From: an uncultured Chitinophagaceae bacterium
Lineage (GTDB): Bacteria > Bacteroidota > Bacteroidia > Chitinophagales > Chitinophagaceae
Length of the DNA stretch: 47,536 bases
Assembly: GCA_966076165.1 (NCBI GenBank)
Contig: CBHRAM010000001.1
Location: 1-47,536, forward strand
Direction of reading: 5' to 3'
Shown here piece after piece: positions 26,922-36,141 of this stretch (position 1 is its first letter; every line of letters begins with the position of its first letter). The notes under the pieces are model-generated. The model was given only the letters and a program-made list of their open reading frames with translations. It was not told the origin of the DNA and searched no databases. Made by a program: the position numbers and the translations under genes.

Positions 26922-27614
26922 ATGAGAAAAGCGATTATCATTCATGATAATAATAAAGAGGTTGTTCTATTGCAGGACTACCTCAAGATGGTCCCCGGAA
27001 TTTTGGTCGCAGGCATTTTTGCCAATCTGGATGATTCTACACTGGATGCCATTCAGGAACTGGATTGTGATATGATTTTTTCTTCCCTCTCTGTTCTGAT
27101 CAAACTGATCAATAGCCAAGGGGACTTTCCTTTATTGATTTGCATGGGCCCGAATGAAGAAATGCTTTCTGCGGCCATCAGCAAAAACATCTTTGCTTTT
27201 TTGAATACCCCGTTCAGTTATGAACGCCTGCTCTCTTTGATACAAACAGCCGAAACCTATATGCTCCAATCATCTGCTATCTCCACAATTAAACGTGACT
27301 ATGTCTTCGTAAAATCAGACTATAAACTGATCAGGGTCAACCTGCCGGATATCCTGTTCCTGTCGGGCTTGCGGGATTATACCCAGATCTTTTTGAAAGG
27401 CAAAACATCGCCGCTAACCACGCTTCAGAATCTGAAAGAGTTTGAGAGTAAGTTGCCGGAAACAACTTTTGTACGGGTACACAGGTCTTATATTATTTCT
27501 TTAAGCCAGGTAGACTCTATCAGCCGAAATGAGATCAGTATTGGTACACATACCATTCCAATCGGCAATGCTTACCGGCAATTGCTGGATGATATGATCA
27601 CAAAGAATTCGTAA
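26922..27614 (+). CDS. LytTR family regulator with degenerate receiver domain
   Basis: C-terminal FVKSDYKL...FVRVHRSYII LytTR domain; receiver phosphorylation residues missing. Confidence 0.9.
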   Translation: MRKAIIIHDNNKEVVLLQDYLKMVPGILVAGIFANLDDSTLDAIQELDCDMIFSSLSVLIKLINSQGDFPLLICMGPNEEMLSAAISKNIFAFLNTPFSYERLLSLIQTAETYMLQSSAISTIKRDYVFVKSDYKLIRVNLPDILFLSGLRDYTQIFLKGKTSPLTTLQNLKEFESKLPETTFVRVHRSYIISLSQVDSISRNEISIGTHTIPIGNAYRQLLDDMITKNS

Positions 27615-27619
27615 TCATA

Positions 27620-27662
27620 AAACTGCGCCTTTGCGAGAATTTTTCACGCAGAGGCGCAGTTT
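27620..27662. repeat. CACGCAGAGGCGCAG-family hairpin, likely bidirectional terminator
   Basis: AAACTGCGCCTTTGCGAGAA / TTCACGCAGAGGCGCAGTTT between convergent genes; related to 39913-39996 and 47492-47536. Confidence 0.7.
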
Positions 27663-27664
27663 AT

Positions 27665-28000
27665 TTACCGGGTAATTCGACAGCTGTCTATTTCTGCCAA
27701 TGTGATCACCGGAAGTTTACTGTACTTCAGTTTTGCGATCGCGAGCTGGCCGATCTTAACAGCTTCCTCTTTTGTAGCAAAACCTTTTCTGCCTTCTGCA
27801 GCCGGGATAAATTCCTGGTGGATATACAGGGTATCATTGGTGTAGATATCATATCCCCAACCGCCATTGCTTTGGAAAGTTTGTAAAGAGAGTTGTATTT
27901 CTTTGTTACGGTCGTGTTCATCCTTTCCGGTGAACCTGCTTACTGCAAACAGGATCACCGAAAAGCCGAACAGGATATAGACCCAGTTTTTTCTAATCAT
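27665..28000 (-). CDS. DUF4907-like protein
   Basis: N-terminal TM; GWGYDI...IHQEFIPA...GF..KEEA motif. Confidence 0.75.
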   Translation of the reverse strand: MIRKNWVYILFGFSVILFAVSRFTGKDEHDRNKEIQLSLQTFQSNGGWGYDIYTNDTLYIHQEFIPAAEGRKGFATKEEAVKIGQLAIAKLKYSKLPVITLAEIDSCRITR

Positions 28001-29030
28001 TGGAATTATAAGTTACATCGGGTTGAAATTCATCAATATCATCCCAGTAATACGTACTGTTTCTGCCGGTGGCAATAAAGGATCTTCCTTTTACGGTAAA
28101 ACCAACGGCACCGGTTCTTTCGGAACGTTCATAGGTGGTTTTCCTTGTCCAGCTATCACTCGCAAAATCATATTCCCAGGTTTTTTTGGTATAGGATCCG
28201 TTTTCTCCCACACTAACATACCCCTTGGTGCCGAGTACAAAACCCACGGCATTGCTTCTGATGATATCGGAATAATCATCGTCATAAGTGTCTGTGCTGG
28301 TATTGGAGATATCCCTGAGCTGGGTCCAGGTACCACCCGAAACTGCCGGATCGAATACCCAGAAATCACTCACCGTATTTCCATTGTTGATACCGGTGAG
28401 TACATACGCTTTATTGTTATATACCCAGGCAATGGCGCCCGAACGTTTGCTTCCGCCCAGACTTGTTTTCTGTGCCCATACGCCCGCGTTATTGGTGCCG
28501 CCGGTGGGTGTGAATTCCCAAAGGTCTTTTGTGTAACCGCCATCAAATCCTGTAGTAATATAGCCCTTGTCGTTAATGCCAAATCCAACAGCATCATATC
28601 TGGCAGTGCCGGCAAAATCTGCTTTTTGCACCCAGCTATTGGTGGCGGGGTTATATTCCCATGTATCGCTTAACCTATTTAATCCATCATAACCTGTGGT
28701 TACATAACCCTTTGTACCTACGGTAAAACCAGTAGCAGAATTTCTTGCCTTACCGGGAAACTGTGCCCTTTGTAACCAGAAATTCTTTACAGGATCGTAT
28801 GCCCAGAAATCGGTGTAACGGTTGGTGCCATCGAAACCGGTGCCAATATATGCTGTATCGCCTATGGTAAAAGAAACAGCTTCTGTGCGGCCGTTGCCTT
28901 CAAATTCAGAGCGTTTTACCCAGTTACCGCTGCTGCTGGTAGGGTCAGTAGTGGTACTGCTTTTGGCGCAGGATATCAAAATCAGAACAAGACTTGCCGG
29001 TAAAAAGAAATAGTACTTTAATCGATTCAT
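27993..29030 (-). CDS. Kelch-repeat beta-propeller lipoprotein
   Basis: Lipobox LISC; about six repeats of R..AVGF.I..KGYI.TG...DFWEYDP..N.W. Confidence 0.9.
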   Translation of the reverse strand: MNRLKYYFFLPASLVLILISCAKSSTTTDPTSSSGNWVKRSEFEGNGRTEAVSFTIGDTAYIGTGFDGTNRYTDFWAYDPVKNFWLQRAQFPGKARNSATGFTVGTKGYVTTGYDGLNRLSDTWEYNPATNSWVQKADFAGTARYDAVGFGINDKGYITTGFDGGYTKDLWEFTPTGGTNNAGVWAQKTSLGGSKRSGAIAWVYNNKAYVLTGINNGNTVSDFWVFDPAVSGGTWTQLRDISNTSTDTYDDDYSDIIRSNAVGFVLGTKGYVSVGENGSYTKKTWEYDFASDSWTRKTTYERSERTGAVGFTVKGRSFIATGRNSTYYWDDIDEFQPDVTYNSND

Positions 29031-29106
29031 GTGTAAAATTTTGGCTGAAATTATCTTCCCGCGCTTTCGCTAAATCGTTAAAATGGATTTTCGATAAGGA
29101 ATCAAA

Positions 29107-29247
29107 GACGAATGTGCGTTTTTTATCTGCGAAAGTTTTTTGTGAGTAGTGAGTGGTGAGTTGTGAGAAAAAATAAATGAAAAATCACTCACAACTGACG
29201 ACTCACTACTCACGATCCCTTTCGCAGATAAATTCATTTCGCTCATC
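29107..29247. promoter_or_regulatory. Symmetric LytTR-type boxes facing both divergent promoters
   Basis: Perfect 14-bp inverted repeat TTTATCTGCGAAAG (29122) / CTTTCGCAGATAAA (29219); each TTCG half has a partner YTCRTC 21 bp further out (29112 minus, 29242 plus). Confidence 0.55.
29140..29215. repeat. Inverted TNGTGAG / CTCACNA heptamer arrays
   Basis: Four units at 29140-29167 and four complementary units at 29188-29215. Confidence 0.85.
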
Positions 29248-29358
29248 GTTACAAACGGTTCATTAATCCATACTAACAATTCTGTAACAGGCTCCCTGTC
29301 TATTATTGTGGCCGTTCTGCAAAGAATTTTTGTTTTGACGTATTACAAACAAGCACTG

Positions 29359-30681
29359 ATGCCCCAAAAAATAAAACCCTGGTTGATCCTGTTTTTTTCT
29401 GTTGTATGCTTCGCCTGTAAAAAGGTGGATATACAGTTTGGCGACCAGTTTCTTGACAATGGCTATACGCAGGTGATCAAGGTAGATTCTTTTTCAGTAG
29501 ATGTTTCTACGGTGTATGTGGATTCGTTTATCACTTCAGCCAAAGGGGTTACCCTGGTTGGTTCACATAATGACCCGGCATTCGGACAGATCACGATCAA
29601 TAATTTTCTGGAAGTAACCCCACCCGCTTATGTAGATTCTTTTGCAGGAACCAGCTATGATTCACTCACACTGGTTCTCAGGCCCAACAAATCTTATTAT
29701 GGTGACAGCACTAAACCGGTGCATATTGAGGTGAACCGTTTGGGCGAATCGATCGTTGGGTATGATGATAACCTGTTGAATATTTATAACACAAGACAGT
29801 TTGCGGTGCTGCCTACACCCATCGGCTCTACTGATGTGATGGTGCGACCTAACCAGACCGATTCGATCACGATCCGTTTGAATGATAACCTCGGAAGAGA
29901 ATTACTGAAAAAATTACAGGATCCCAATGATGCGGATATGCAGACCAGTAATGCATTTCTGCAATATTTTTATGGGCTGCGTATCAGTTCGGGTACCCGG
30001 AGTTCGATGATCTTTGGTTGTAAGGACAGTGTGATCATGCGCCTTCATTACAAACAGCCCGGTTTGTATTCGCAGAACAAAACATGGGATTTTTACCTCG
30101 CCAATAAGAACCATCATTTTAATAATATTAATGTAGACAGATCGGCTACTCCTTTAAAAGACCTGGCTACATTGAAACAGATCAACAGCACGGCCACGGC
30201 AAATACAGCTTACACCATGTATGCGGCGGGTGCCATGGCCAAACTCCGTTTTCCTACGATCAGGGACCTGCTGAAACTACCCAATTTTGCCAAGATCTTA
30301 AAAGCCACATTGGTGATAAGGCCCGTGCGAGGATCGTATGGCCCCTTCTATTTTTTGCCGCCAACTTTGCGTTTGGCAACCACCACACAACTGAACCAGA
30401 TAGGTGCTGATATTGTGACTGTGAGCAGTACTGGTACTGCTACCACACAAACCGGCGACCTGCAGGTAGATTATTTATACGGGGAGACCACCAATTACGC
30501 ATATGACCTCACCAGGTTCTTCAAAGGAACGATCACAGATGGAACTATTAATCAAAATGGCTTATTGCTGATACCGAGCAGTCCGGAACTGGAAACAGGA
30601 TTCGGAAGATTAACTATGGGCAACGGGTTAAACACAAATGGTAAAATGGAATTACTGATCGTGTACGCTGCTGTACAATAA
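29359..30681 (+). CDS. DUF4270-like surface lipoprotein
   Basis: Lipobox CFAC; LVGSHNDPAFG, YDSLTL.L...YYGDST, FLQYFYGL. Start at ATG 29359. Confidence 0.75.
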   Translation: MPQKIKPWLILFFSVVCFACKKVDIQFGDQFLDNGYTQVIKVDSFSVDVSTVYVDSFITSAKGVTLVGSHNDPAFGQITINNFLEVTPPAYVDSFAGTSYDSLTLVLRPNKSYYGDSTKPVHIEVNRLGESIVGYDDNLLNIYNTRQFAVLPTPIGSTDVMVRPNQTDSITIRLNDNLGRELLKKLQDPNDADMQTSNAFLQYFYGLRISSGTRSSMIFGCKDSVIMRLHYKQPGLYSQNKTWDFYLANKNHHFNNINVDRSATPLKDLATLKQINSTATANTAYTMYAAGAMAKLRFPTIRDLLKLPNFAKILKATLVIRPVRGSYGPFYFLPPTLRLATTTQLNQIGADIVTVSSTGTATTQTGDLQVDYLYGETTNYAYDLTRFFKGTITDGTINQNGLLLIPSSPELETGFGRLTMGNGLNTNGKMELLIVYAAVQ

Positions 30682-30682
30682 A

Positions 30683-31948
30683 ATGAACAAGATGAAACCG
30701 TATTATACTTTACTGATCTTTTTTGCCGGGTTATTGTCGCAGGTGCATGCACAGAACAATACTTCACCTTATTCCATTATTGGTATTGGTGATATTGAGA
30801 AAAGCAGTTTCGACCGAACCTCGGGTATGGGGCATGCGGGATTGGCTTTATCATCCAGCCGTTATCTCTACCAGGCCAATCCAGCATCGTACAGCGGACT
30901 GGATGAGCATTTCTTTTATTTTGAAGTGGCCAACCGGTATAAATCTGTAAACTATATCGGCAAGCCGATCACGGATCCTACCCAGAGCCAATCGTCGGAT
31001 ATACAGTTTAAGAAAGCTACATTGGCGATTAAGATAAGACCGCGCTGGGCTTTAAGTGTTGGATTGACACCGTATAGTACGGCCAACTATTCGTTCAATG
31101 CTACCAAGACCATACAGGGCAGTAATTTAACAACAGATGCCTATTACGAGGGATCGGGCAGTGTTAACCAGTTTTATGTGGCCAACAGTTTTGCCATCAG
31201 TAAAAATTTATCGGTAGGCGTACAGGCATCTTATCTCTTTGGACAGTTACAGGAGAAAGAAACGATCTCTTCAGATATCGCAGATAGTGTGCTCACCACT
31301 ACCAGGAATATTTTCCTGGGCAATGTTCAGTTTAAACTGGGTATGCAGTATAAAACCAAACTGAGTAAAAAATTGAGTATTGCCATCGGTGCCACTGTCT
31401 CCAATAAAACAAAACTGACTGCGGATTATGGGTTATTGGTAACCGATGGCAGTACGGTAGTGATCAATAACGAATACTACAAATCGAATTATTTTACCAT
31501 CCCTCTTACCTATAGCGGAGGGATAGCAGCTATCCTGGATGATACCTACACATTTGCCGCCGATTATCATTATGAAGGATGGAGCAATCAGAATTACAAA
31601 GGAATCAATTACTCATTAGTAAACAGCCAGCGTTTCAGTGCCGGTGCCGAGTACTCAAAAAAACTGCATTATATCAACGGGTCGGTTGAAAAATATTTTT
31701 TTCAGGGAGGCGTATTCTACAGCGATTCTTATTTGAAGATAGCCGGGCAACAGTTAAGTGATTACGGACTCACATTTGGAGCGGGTGTACAACTGGCCAG
31801 AAGCGGGTTTGGATTACAGGGGGCATTGGAATTGGGTACCCGTGGCACAACGAACAACAGCCTGATCAAAGAAAATTACACACAGTTCAACCTTACACTC
31901 AGTTATCGCGATTTCTGGATCTCGCGTAAGATGAAAAAATATGATTGA
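30683..31948 (+). CDS. Outer-membrane beta-barrel protein (FadL/OmpP1-like)
   Basis: Signal peptide, SPYSIIGIGD, GMG, NPASY, alternating beta strands. Confidence 0.8.
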   Translation: MNKMKPYYTLLIFFAGLLSQVHAQNNTSPYSIIGIGDIEKSSFDRTSGMGHAGLALSSSRYLYQANPASYSGLDEHFFYFEVANRYKSVNYIGKPITDPTQSQSSDIQFKKATLAIKIRPRWALSVGLTPYSTANYSFNATKTIQGSNLTTDAYYEGSGSVNQFYVANSFAISKNLSVGVQASYLFGQLQEKETISSDIADSVLTTTRNIFLGNVQFKLGMQYKTKLSKKLSIAIGATVSNKTKLTADYGLLVTDGSTVVINNEYYKSNYFTIPLTYSGGIAAILDDTYTFAADYHYEGWSNQNYKGINYSLVNSQRFSAGAEYSKKLHYINGSVEKYFFQGGVFYSDSYLKIAGQQLSDYGLTFGAGVQLARSGFGLQGALELGTRGTTNNSLIKENYTQFNLTLSYRDFWISRKMKKYD

Positions 31949-32014
31949 TCCCGGCGGCAACATGAATGCTGGCTCGCTTAACGCGAACGGGCATTTTAGA
32001 TTAACTAAGGGAGC

Positions 32015-32045
32015 GGGGAAGTATTCTTACTTCCCCAATTTTTTT
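32015..32045 (+). terminator. Probable intrinsic terminator
   Basis: GGGGAAGTA-ttct-TACTTCCCC followed by a T run. Confidence 0.6.
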
Positions 32046-32089
32046 GAACGAATAGCCGGGTATCGCTTTTATCTTTTTATCTTCAGGGG

Positions 32090-33259
32090 ATGAAATCCCC
32101 CTTATTTATCTGCCTGGTGCTGATGACTGCTCTGGCTTCTGCACAAAACACCAACCCGCATTATGTGTTAACCCGTTCAACCGGTAAACTGCCTGCATTG
32201 GCCTATGGCCTGGGTGAGGACCGTTTGGGTGGTGCCAAGATGGGTTATATCGATACCAATATTTTATTGCGGGTAATCGATTCTACAAAGGATATGTATA
32301 GTGTGCAGTTGTCAAAATACCATACGGCTTTTATTGATAAAGCCTATATCAAACCGGATAGTGCACAAAAAGACAAGCCCTTCTACCTCACCAATTCATT
32401 CAGCGTAAAAGGTGATTCTGCTTTTGATTATGTGGGCATCAGCATGGAAGAGCATCTGCCATATAAAAGTTATATGGAAGTAAATCCATCCAAGATCATT
32501 GTGGAGATCTTTGGGGTGCAGAGCAATACGAATTGGATCACACAGTTAAAGTCGTTAAAGGAGGTTAAAAACGTTTATTATAACCAGATAGAAGATGATG
32601 TAGTACGCGTAACAATTGAGCTGCAGCATCGCCAGCATTGGGGATACAGCATCGGTTATAAAGGAAGAAACCTGGTTGTGAAAATTAAACGCCAACCTGA
32701 AAAATTAGAGTTCAAAAATCTGACTATCGCCATAGACGCAGGCCACGGAGGAACCAATGCCGGAACGGGTGGTATACATGCTAAATATGAAGAAAAATAT
32801 TACACCTTACTTTTTGCGAAAGCATTGGAAAAAGCACTGAAAAAGAAAGGCGTGAAAAAAGTGATCATGACGCGTACCAGCGACACTACATTCGATAATA
32901 AGGACCGCATTTTATTCCTGCAACAGCAAAACCCTGATTTTTCGATCAGCCTGCACCTGAACTCGAGTAATAATGCACAGGTAAAAGGAGTGAGCACCTA
33001 TTACAAACATATCGGCTTCCGCCCCTTAACACAGGCGATTCTGAGCAGAATACTGGAATTAAAGCTGGAAGAATTCGGGAACGTAGGCAATTTCAATTTT
33101 GCTTTGAATGCCCCTACAGATTTTCCGAACAGTTTATTGGAGATCGCTTTCCTGAGTAATGAAGATGATGAGAAGAAGATCATCAAAACACAGTTCCAGG
33201 AAGATGTGGCGAAGAAAGTGGTGTTAGCGATAACTGATTGGCTGAAAGGGGTGAAATAG
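32090..33259 (+). CDS. N-acetylmuramoyl-L-alanine amidase (Amidase_3)
   Basis: Signal peptide; IAIDAGHGG, EK, ISLHLN, LLEIAFLSN zinc/catalytic motifs. Confidence 0.92.
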   Translation: MKSPLFICLVLMTALASAQNTNPHYVLTRSTGKLPALAYGLGEDRLGGAKMGYIDTNILLRVIDSTKDMYSVQLSKYHTAFIDKAYIKPDSAQKDKPFYLTNSFSVKGDSAFDYVGISMEEHLPYKSYMEVNPSKIIVEIFGVQSNTNWITQLKSLKEVKNVYYNQIEDDVVRVTIELQHRQHWGYSIGYKGRNLVVKIKRQPEKLEFKNLTIAIDAGHGGTNAGTGGIHAKYEEKYYTLLFAKALEKALKKKGVKKVIMTRTSDTTFDNKDRILFLQQQNPDFSISLHLNSSNNAQVKGVSTYYKHIGFRPLTQAILSRILELKLEEFGNVGNFNFALNAPTDFPNSLLEIAFLSNEDDEKKIIKTQFQEDVAKKVVLAITDWLKGVK

Positions 33260-33260
33260 G

Positions 33261-33343
33261 ATTGGGAAATTTTGGAATTGGGAAATTGGGAAATTGAAAT
33301 AAAGCCGCAGATTAGCGAATTTCAATCTGCGAATCTGCGGCTT
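33261..33343. repeat. ATTGGGAA octamer array plus hairpin terminator
   Basis: Four octamers at 33261-33292, then AAGCCGCAGATT / AATCTGCGGCTT stem between convergent genes. Confidence 0.75.
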
Positions 33344-33348
33344 ATGTT

Positions 33349-35496
33349 TTAATGTTTGATGAAGCGTTCAAAGAACTCAATCGTACGCAACATTTGATCG
33401 ATACGCTGACGATTGTTTCCGCTTCTGGTTAATTCGTGTGTGCCGCCTGGGTGACGAACATACTCCACCGTTCTTCCCAATACTTTTAAACTACGGTATA
33501 ACATTTCTCCCTGTATCACACCGGTTCTCAGATCATTTTCTCCGTGGAAGATGATATAGGGGGTGTGGATATTGTTTACATAGGTAATGGGCGATTCTCT
33601 TTCCAGGATGGCTTTGGTTGCGGTTTCCCAGGGATAGCCGCCAAAATAGTTAGGTACCAGGCGCCATGCATTTCCTTCTCCAAAGAAAGTTCCCAGATCA
33701 TATACACCGCGCTGTGAGCAGGCGGCTTTAAAACGCTGATCGTGGCCTACGATCCAGGCTACTAAATAGCCGGCGTAAGATCCACCCGTAACGGCAAGTT
33801 TGGATGTGTCGATAAAACCATCGGCTCCTGCTTTATCTAAATACGTTAATACATCATAGGTGGGGCCTGTTCCCCAATCATTCACATTGGCCCTTAAGAA
33901 TTCTGAACCGTAACCGCCGGAACCGCGTGGATTACCGTATACCACAACATATCCTTTGGCGGCGTAATACTGGAACTCATGCCACATAGATGTTTCACCC
34001 GGTCCCCACATAGCGCTGGGCCCGCCATGGATATCGAGAATGGTTGGATATTTTTTGCCGGCTTCAAAATTGGCAGGCTTCATGATCCAATATTCAACGG
34101 TTAATCCTTTCTCATTCACAAAACTTCTTTTCTCCGGGAAACTCAGTTTTTTATTTTTTACCCAATCATAGTTAAAACTGCTGATGCGTTTTGCATTCTT
34201 TAAAGAAGCATCGCTGGTGTATAATTCAAAAGGATTGGCTACTTCCGATTTTACAAAAACGATGGTATTGTTTTTCAGATCAAAACTTACAATGCCCGAA
34301 TTCACATCACTCAAAGCTTCAACCTGTTTGGTTTTCACATCAGCACGGTAAACGGGTTGTCCGCCATTACTCTGAGCTGAGAAATAAATATATTTCTCAT
34401 CATTGCTCCAGGTAATATTTCCTTTATTTCTATCAAAAGGAATGGTAATCATGTCTTTACTGCTTCCGTTTAAAGGCATAATAGCCATTGCGGGAACATC
34501 CACAAAAGAAGTGTTGCCATATTGGAACGCCAGCCATTTACCGGAAGGTGAAAGTTTTGCGCTGTTATACGTCTTTCCTTCCGCACCCAATATCATTCGC
34601 ATATTTCCTCCATCGGCATCAGTAATAAATATTTCACTTTCGAGGGAGCGGTCAGGATGTTGTTTATCATCCACATCTCCGGTAATGATCAATTGTTTTC
34701 CATCGGGTGTAAACTCAATGCCGTTAAAACGATAGAAACCATGCGTAAGCGCAACGGGTTGTGTACCGGATTCAAGGCCTGTTACAAAAAAATGGTTGAA
34801 AGAAATCTCTGAGCTGGTGGTAGACTCTTCCTGGAAATTCAGCTTGGTGATCACTTTGGCTTTTTTGTCGTTGGCGTTGTTCTCCAGGTAAGCACGAACC
34901 TCATCCCAGTTACCATCGGGATCTGCTTTGGCGGCACTGGCTTTTAATTGGCTGTTATCATCAAAGCCCGGTTTTTCATAAGGCCATTTGGGTACTTCTT
35001 TTTTAGGGTTGAGTTCGGTATCTTTTAATAACTCCTTTAAAGTAATGCTTGACGAGAAAACGATCTTTTTACCATCGGGGCTCCATTTGGGAGAACCGGC
35101 ACCGTATTTAAATTTGGTCAGCTGCATGGGTTCGCCGCCATCGAAGGACAAAAGAAAGACCTGTGGTTTTCCGTCAACGGCCCTTACAAAAGCGAGTTGT
35201 TTACCATCCGGGCTCCATGCCGGCTGCGAAGCACCTTCTTTGGCGGTTAGGGGTTTGGGAGCGGATGAACCATCGGTTGCCACCACATAAAGCTGGTTCA
35301 GGTACTTGTATTCCAGTTTGCTGTCGCCATCGGGTTCAATATTGTTGACCACAAATGCGGCTTTGCTGCCGTCGGGACTGATGGCTACACCACTCAATGC
35401 CTTGATCTTGAGCATATCAGTTACTTTGATCAGATCCGATTGAGCGAACAGGAGCTGAGCTGTGCAAAGGGCCAGCAAAAGGAATAATTTCTTCAT
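33349..35496 (-). CDS. S9 family peptidase (acylaminoacyl/dipeptidyl peptidase) with beta-propeller
   Basis: WSPDGK repeats, IHGGP, NPRGSGGYG, GGSYAG, HGENDLR, GGTH. Confidence 0.93.
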   Translation of the reverse strand: MKKLFLLLALCTAQLLFAQSDLIKVTDMLKIKALSGVAISPDGSKAAFVVNNIEPDGDSKLEYKYLNQLYVVATDGSSAPKPLTAKEGASQPAWSPDGKQLAFVRAVDGKPQVFLLSFDGGEPMQLTKFKYGAGSPKWSPDGKKIVFSSSITLKELLKDTELNPKKEVPKWPYEKPGFDDNSQLKASAAKADPDGNWDEVRAYLENNANDKKAKVITKLNFQEESTTSSEISFNHFFVTGLESGTQPVALTHGFYRFNGIEFTPDGKQLIITGDVDDKQHPDRSLESEIFITDADGGNMRMILGAEGKTYNSAKLSPSGKWLAFQYGNTSFVDVPAMAIMPLNGSSKDMITIPFDRNKGNITWSNDEKYIYFSAQSNGGQPVYRADVKTKQVEALSDVNSGIVSFDLKNNTIVFVKSEVANPFELYTSDASLKNAKRISSFNYDWVKNKKLSFPEKRSFVNEKGLTVEYWIMKPANFEAGKKYPTILDIHGGPSAMWGPGETSMWHEFQYYAAKGYVVVYGNPRGSGGYGSEFLRANVNDWGTGPTYDVLTYLDKAGADGFIDTSKLAVTGGSYAGYLVAWIVGHDQRFKAACSQRGVYDLGTFFGEGNAWRLVPNYFGGYPWETATKAILERESPITYVNNIHTPYIIFHGENDLRTGVIQGEMLYRSLKVLGRTVEYVRHPGGTHELTRSGNNRQRIDQMLRTIEFFERFIKH

Positions 35497-35543
35497 AAGT
35501 ATGAGTTTGGACAGTCAAAATACAAAGAAATGCCGTGCGCACA

Positions 35544-35647
35544 CGGGACTAAAGTCCCGAAAGGGAAATTTTTTATGTTTTGCCTTCTGCTCTTTAGAGC
35601 AGGAATTGAGGGATCTACCGGATACTCCTTGGGGGACTTTAGTTCCG
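35544..35647. repeat. REP/REPIN-like pair of inverted palindromes
   Basis: CGGGACTAAAGTCCC (35544-35558) and GGGACTTTAGTTCCG (35633-35647), 14/15 complementary; each is a small hairpin. Confidence 0.6.
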
Positions 35648-35690
35648 GGTCTACGCTTATTTGTACTTTTACCCCCTAAATTTTTCATAT

Positions 35691-36038
35691 ATGAGCCAAT
35701 TAGTGAAAGAATTCAATGAATACCGCGAAAAAATGAACGAAGTGATCCTGAGCAAGGACAACCTGGTAATGAAGCGCCTCTGGAATCTCGACACCAATAC
35801 CTATGCCGAGGGGGCCCTCGATAAAAAGACCAAGGAAATGCTGGGACTGGTAGCCAGTATGGTTTTGCGCTGTGATGACTGTATCAAGTACCATCTGGGC
35901 AAGAGCCATGAACTGGGGGTGAATACCGAGGAGATGTATGAGATCTTTGCCGTGGCCAATATTGTGGGTGGAACCATTGTGATACCCCATACCCGCAGGG
36001 CGGCCGAATATTGGGAAGAACTTATGGGGAATTCATAA
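35691..36038 (+). CDS. Carboxymuconolactone decarboxylase/AhpD family protein
   Basis: GALDKKTKEMLGL...RCDDCIKYH CxxC motif. Confidence 0.9.
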   Translation: MSQLVKEFNEYREKMNEVILSKDNLVMKRLWNLDTNTYAEGALDKKTKEMLGLVASMVLRCDDCIKYHLGKSHELGVNTEEMYEIFAVANIVGGTIVIPHTRRAAEYWEELMGNS

Positions 36039-36126
36039 TTAGTCGTTAGTAATTAGTAATTAATTAGGATATTTGCTACCGATTTAGATAGTTCAATTAT
36101 TAATTATTAACTATTAATTACTAATT
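36036..36126. repeat. Inverted TAATTAG heptamer arrays, same family as 8342-8487
   Basis: TAATTAG TCGTTAG TAATTAG TAATTAA starting at the stop codon; complementary arm at 36094-36126. Confidence 0.85.
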
Positions 36127-36141
36127 TTTTAGCCTTTCGCC

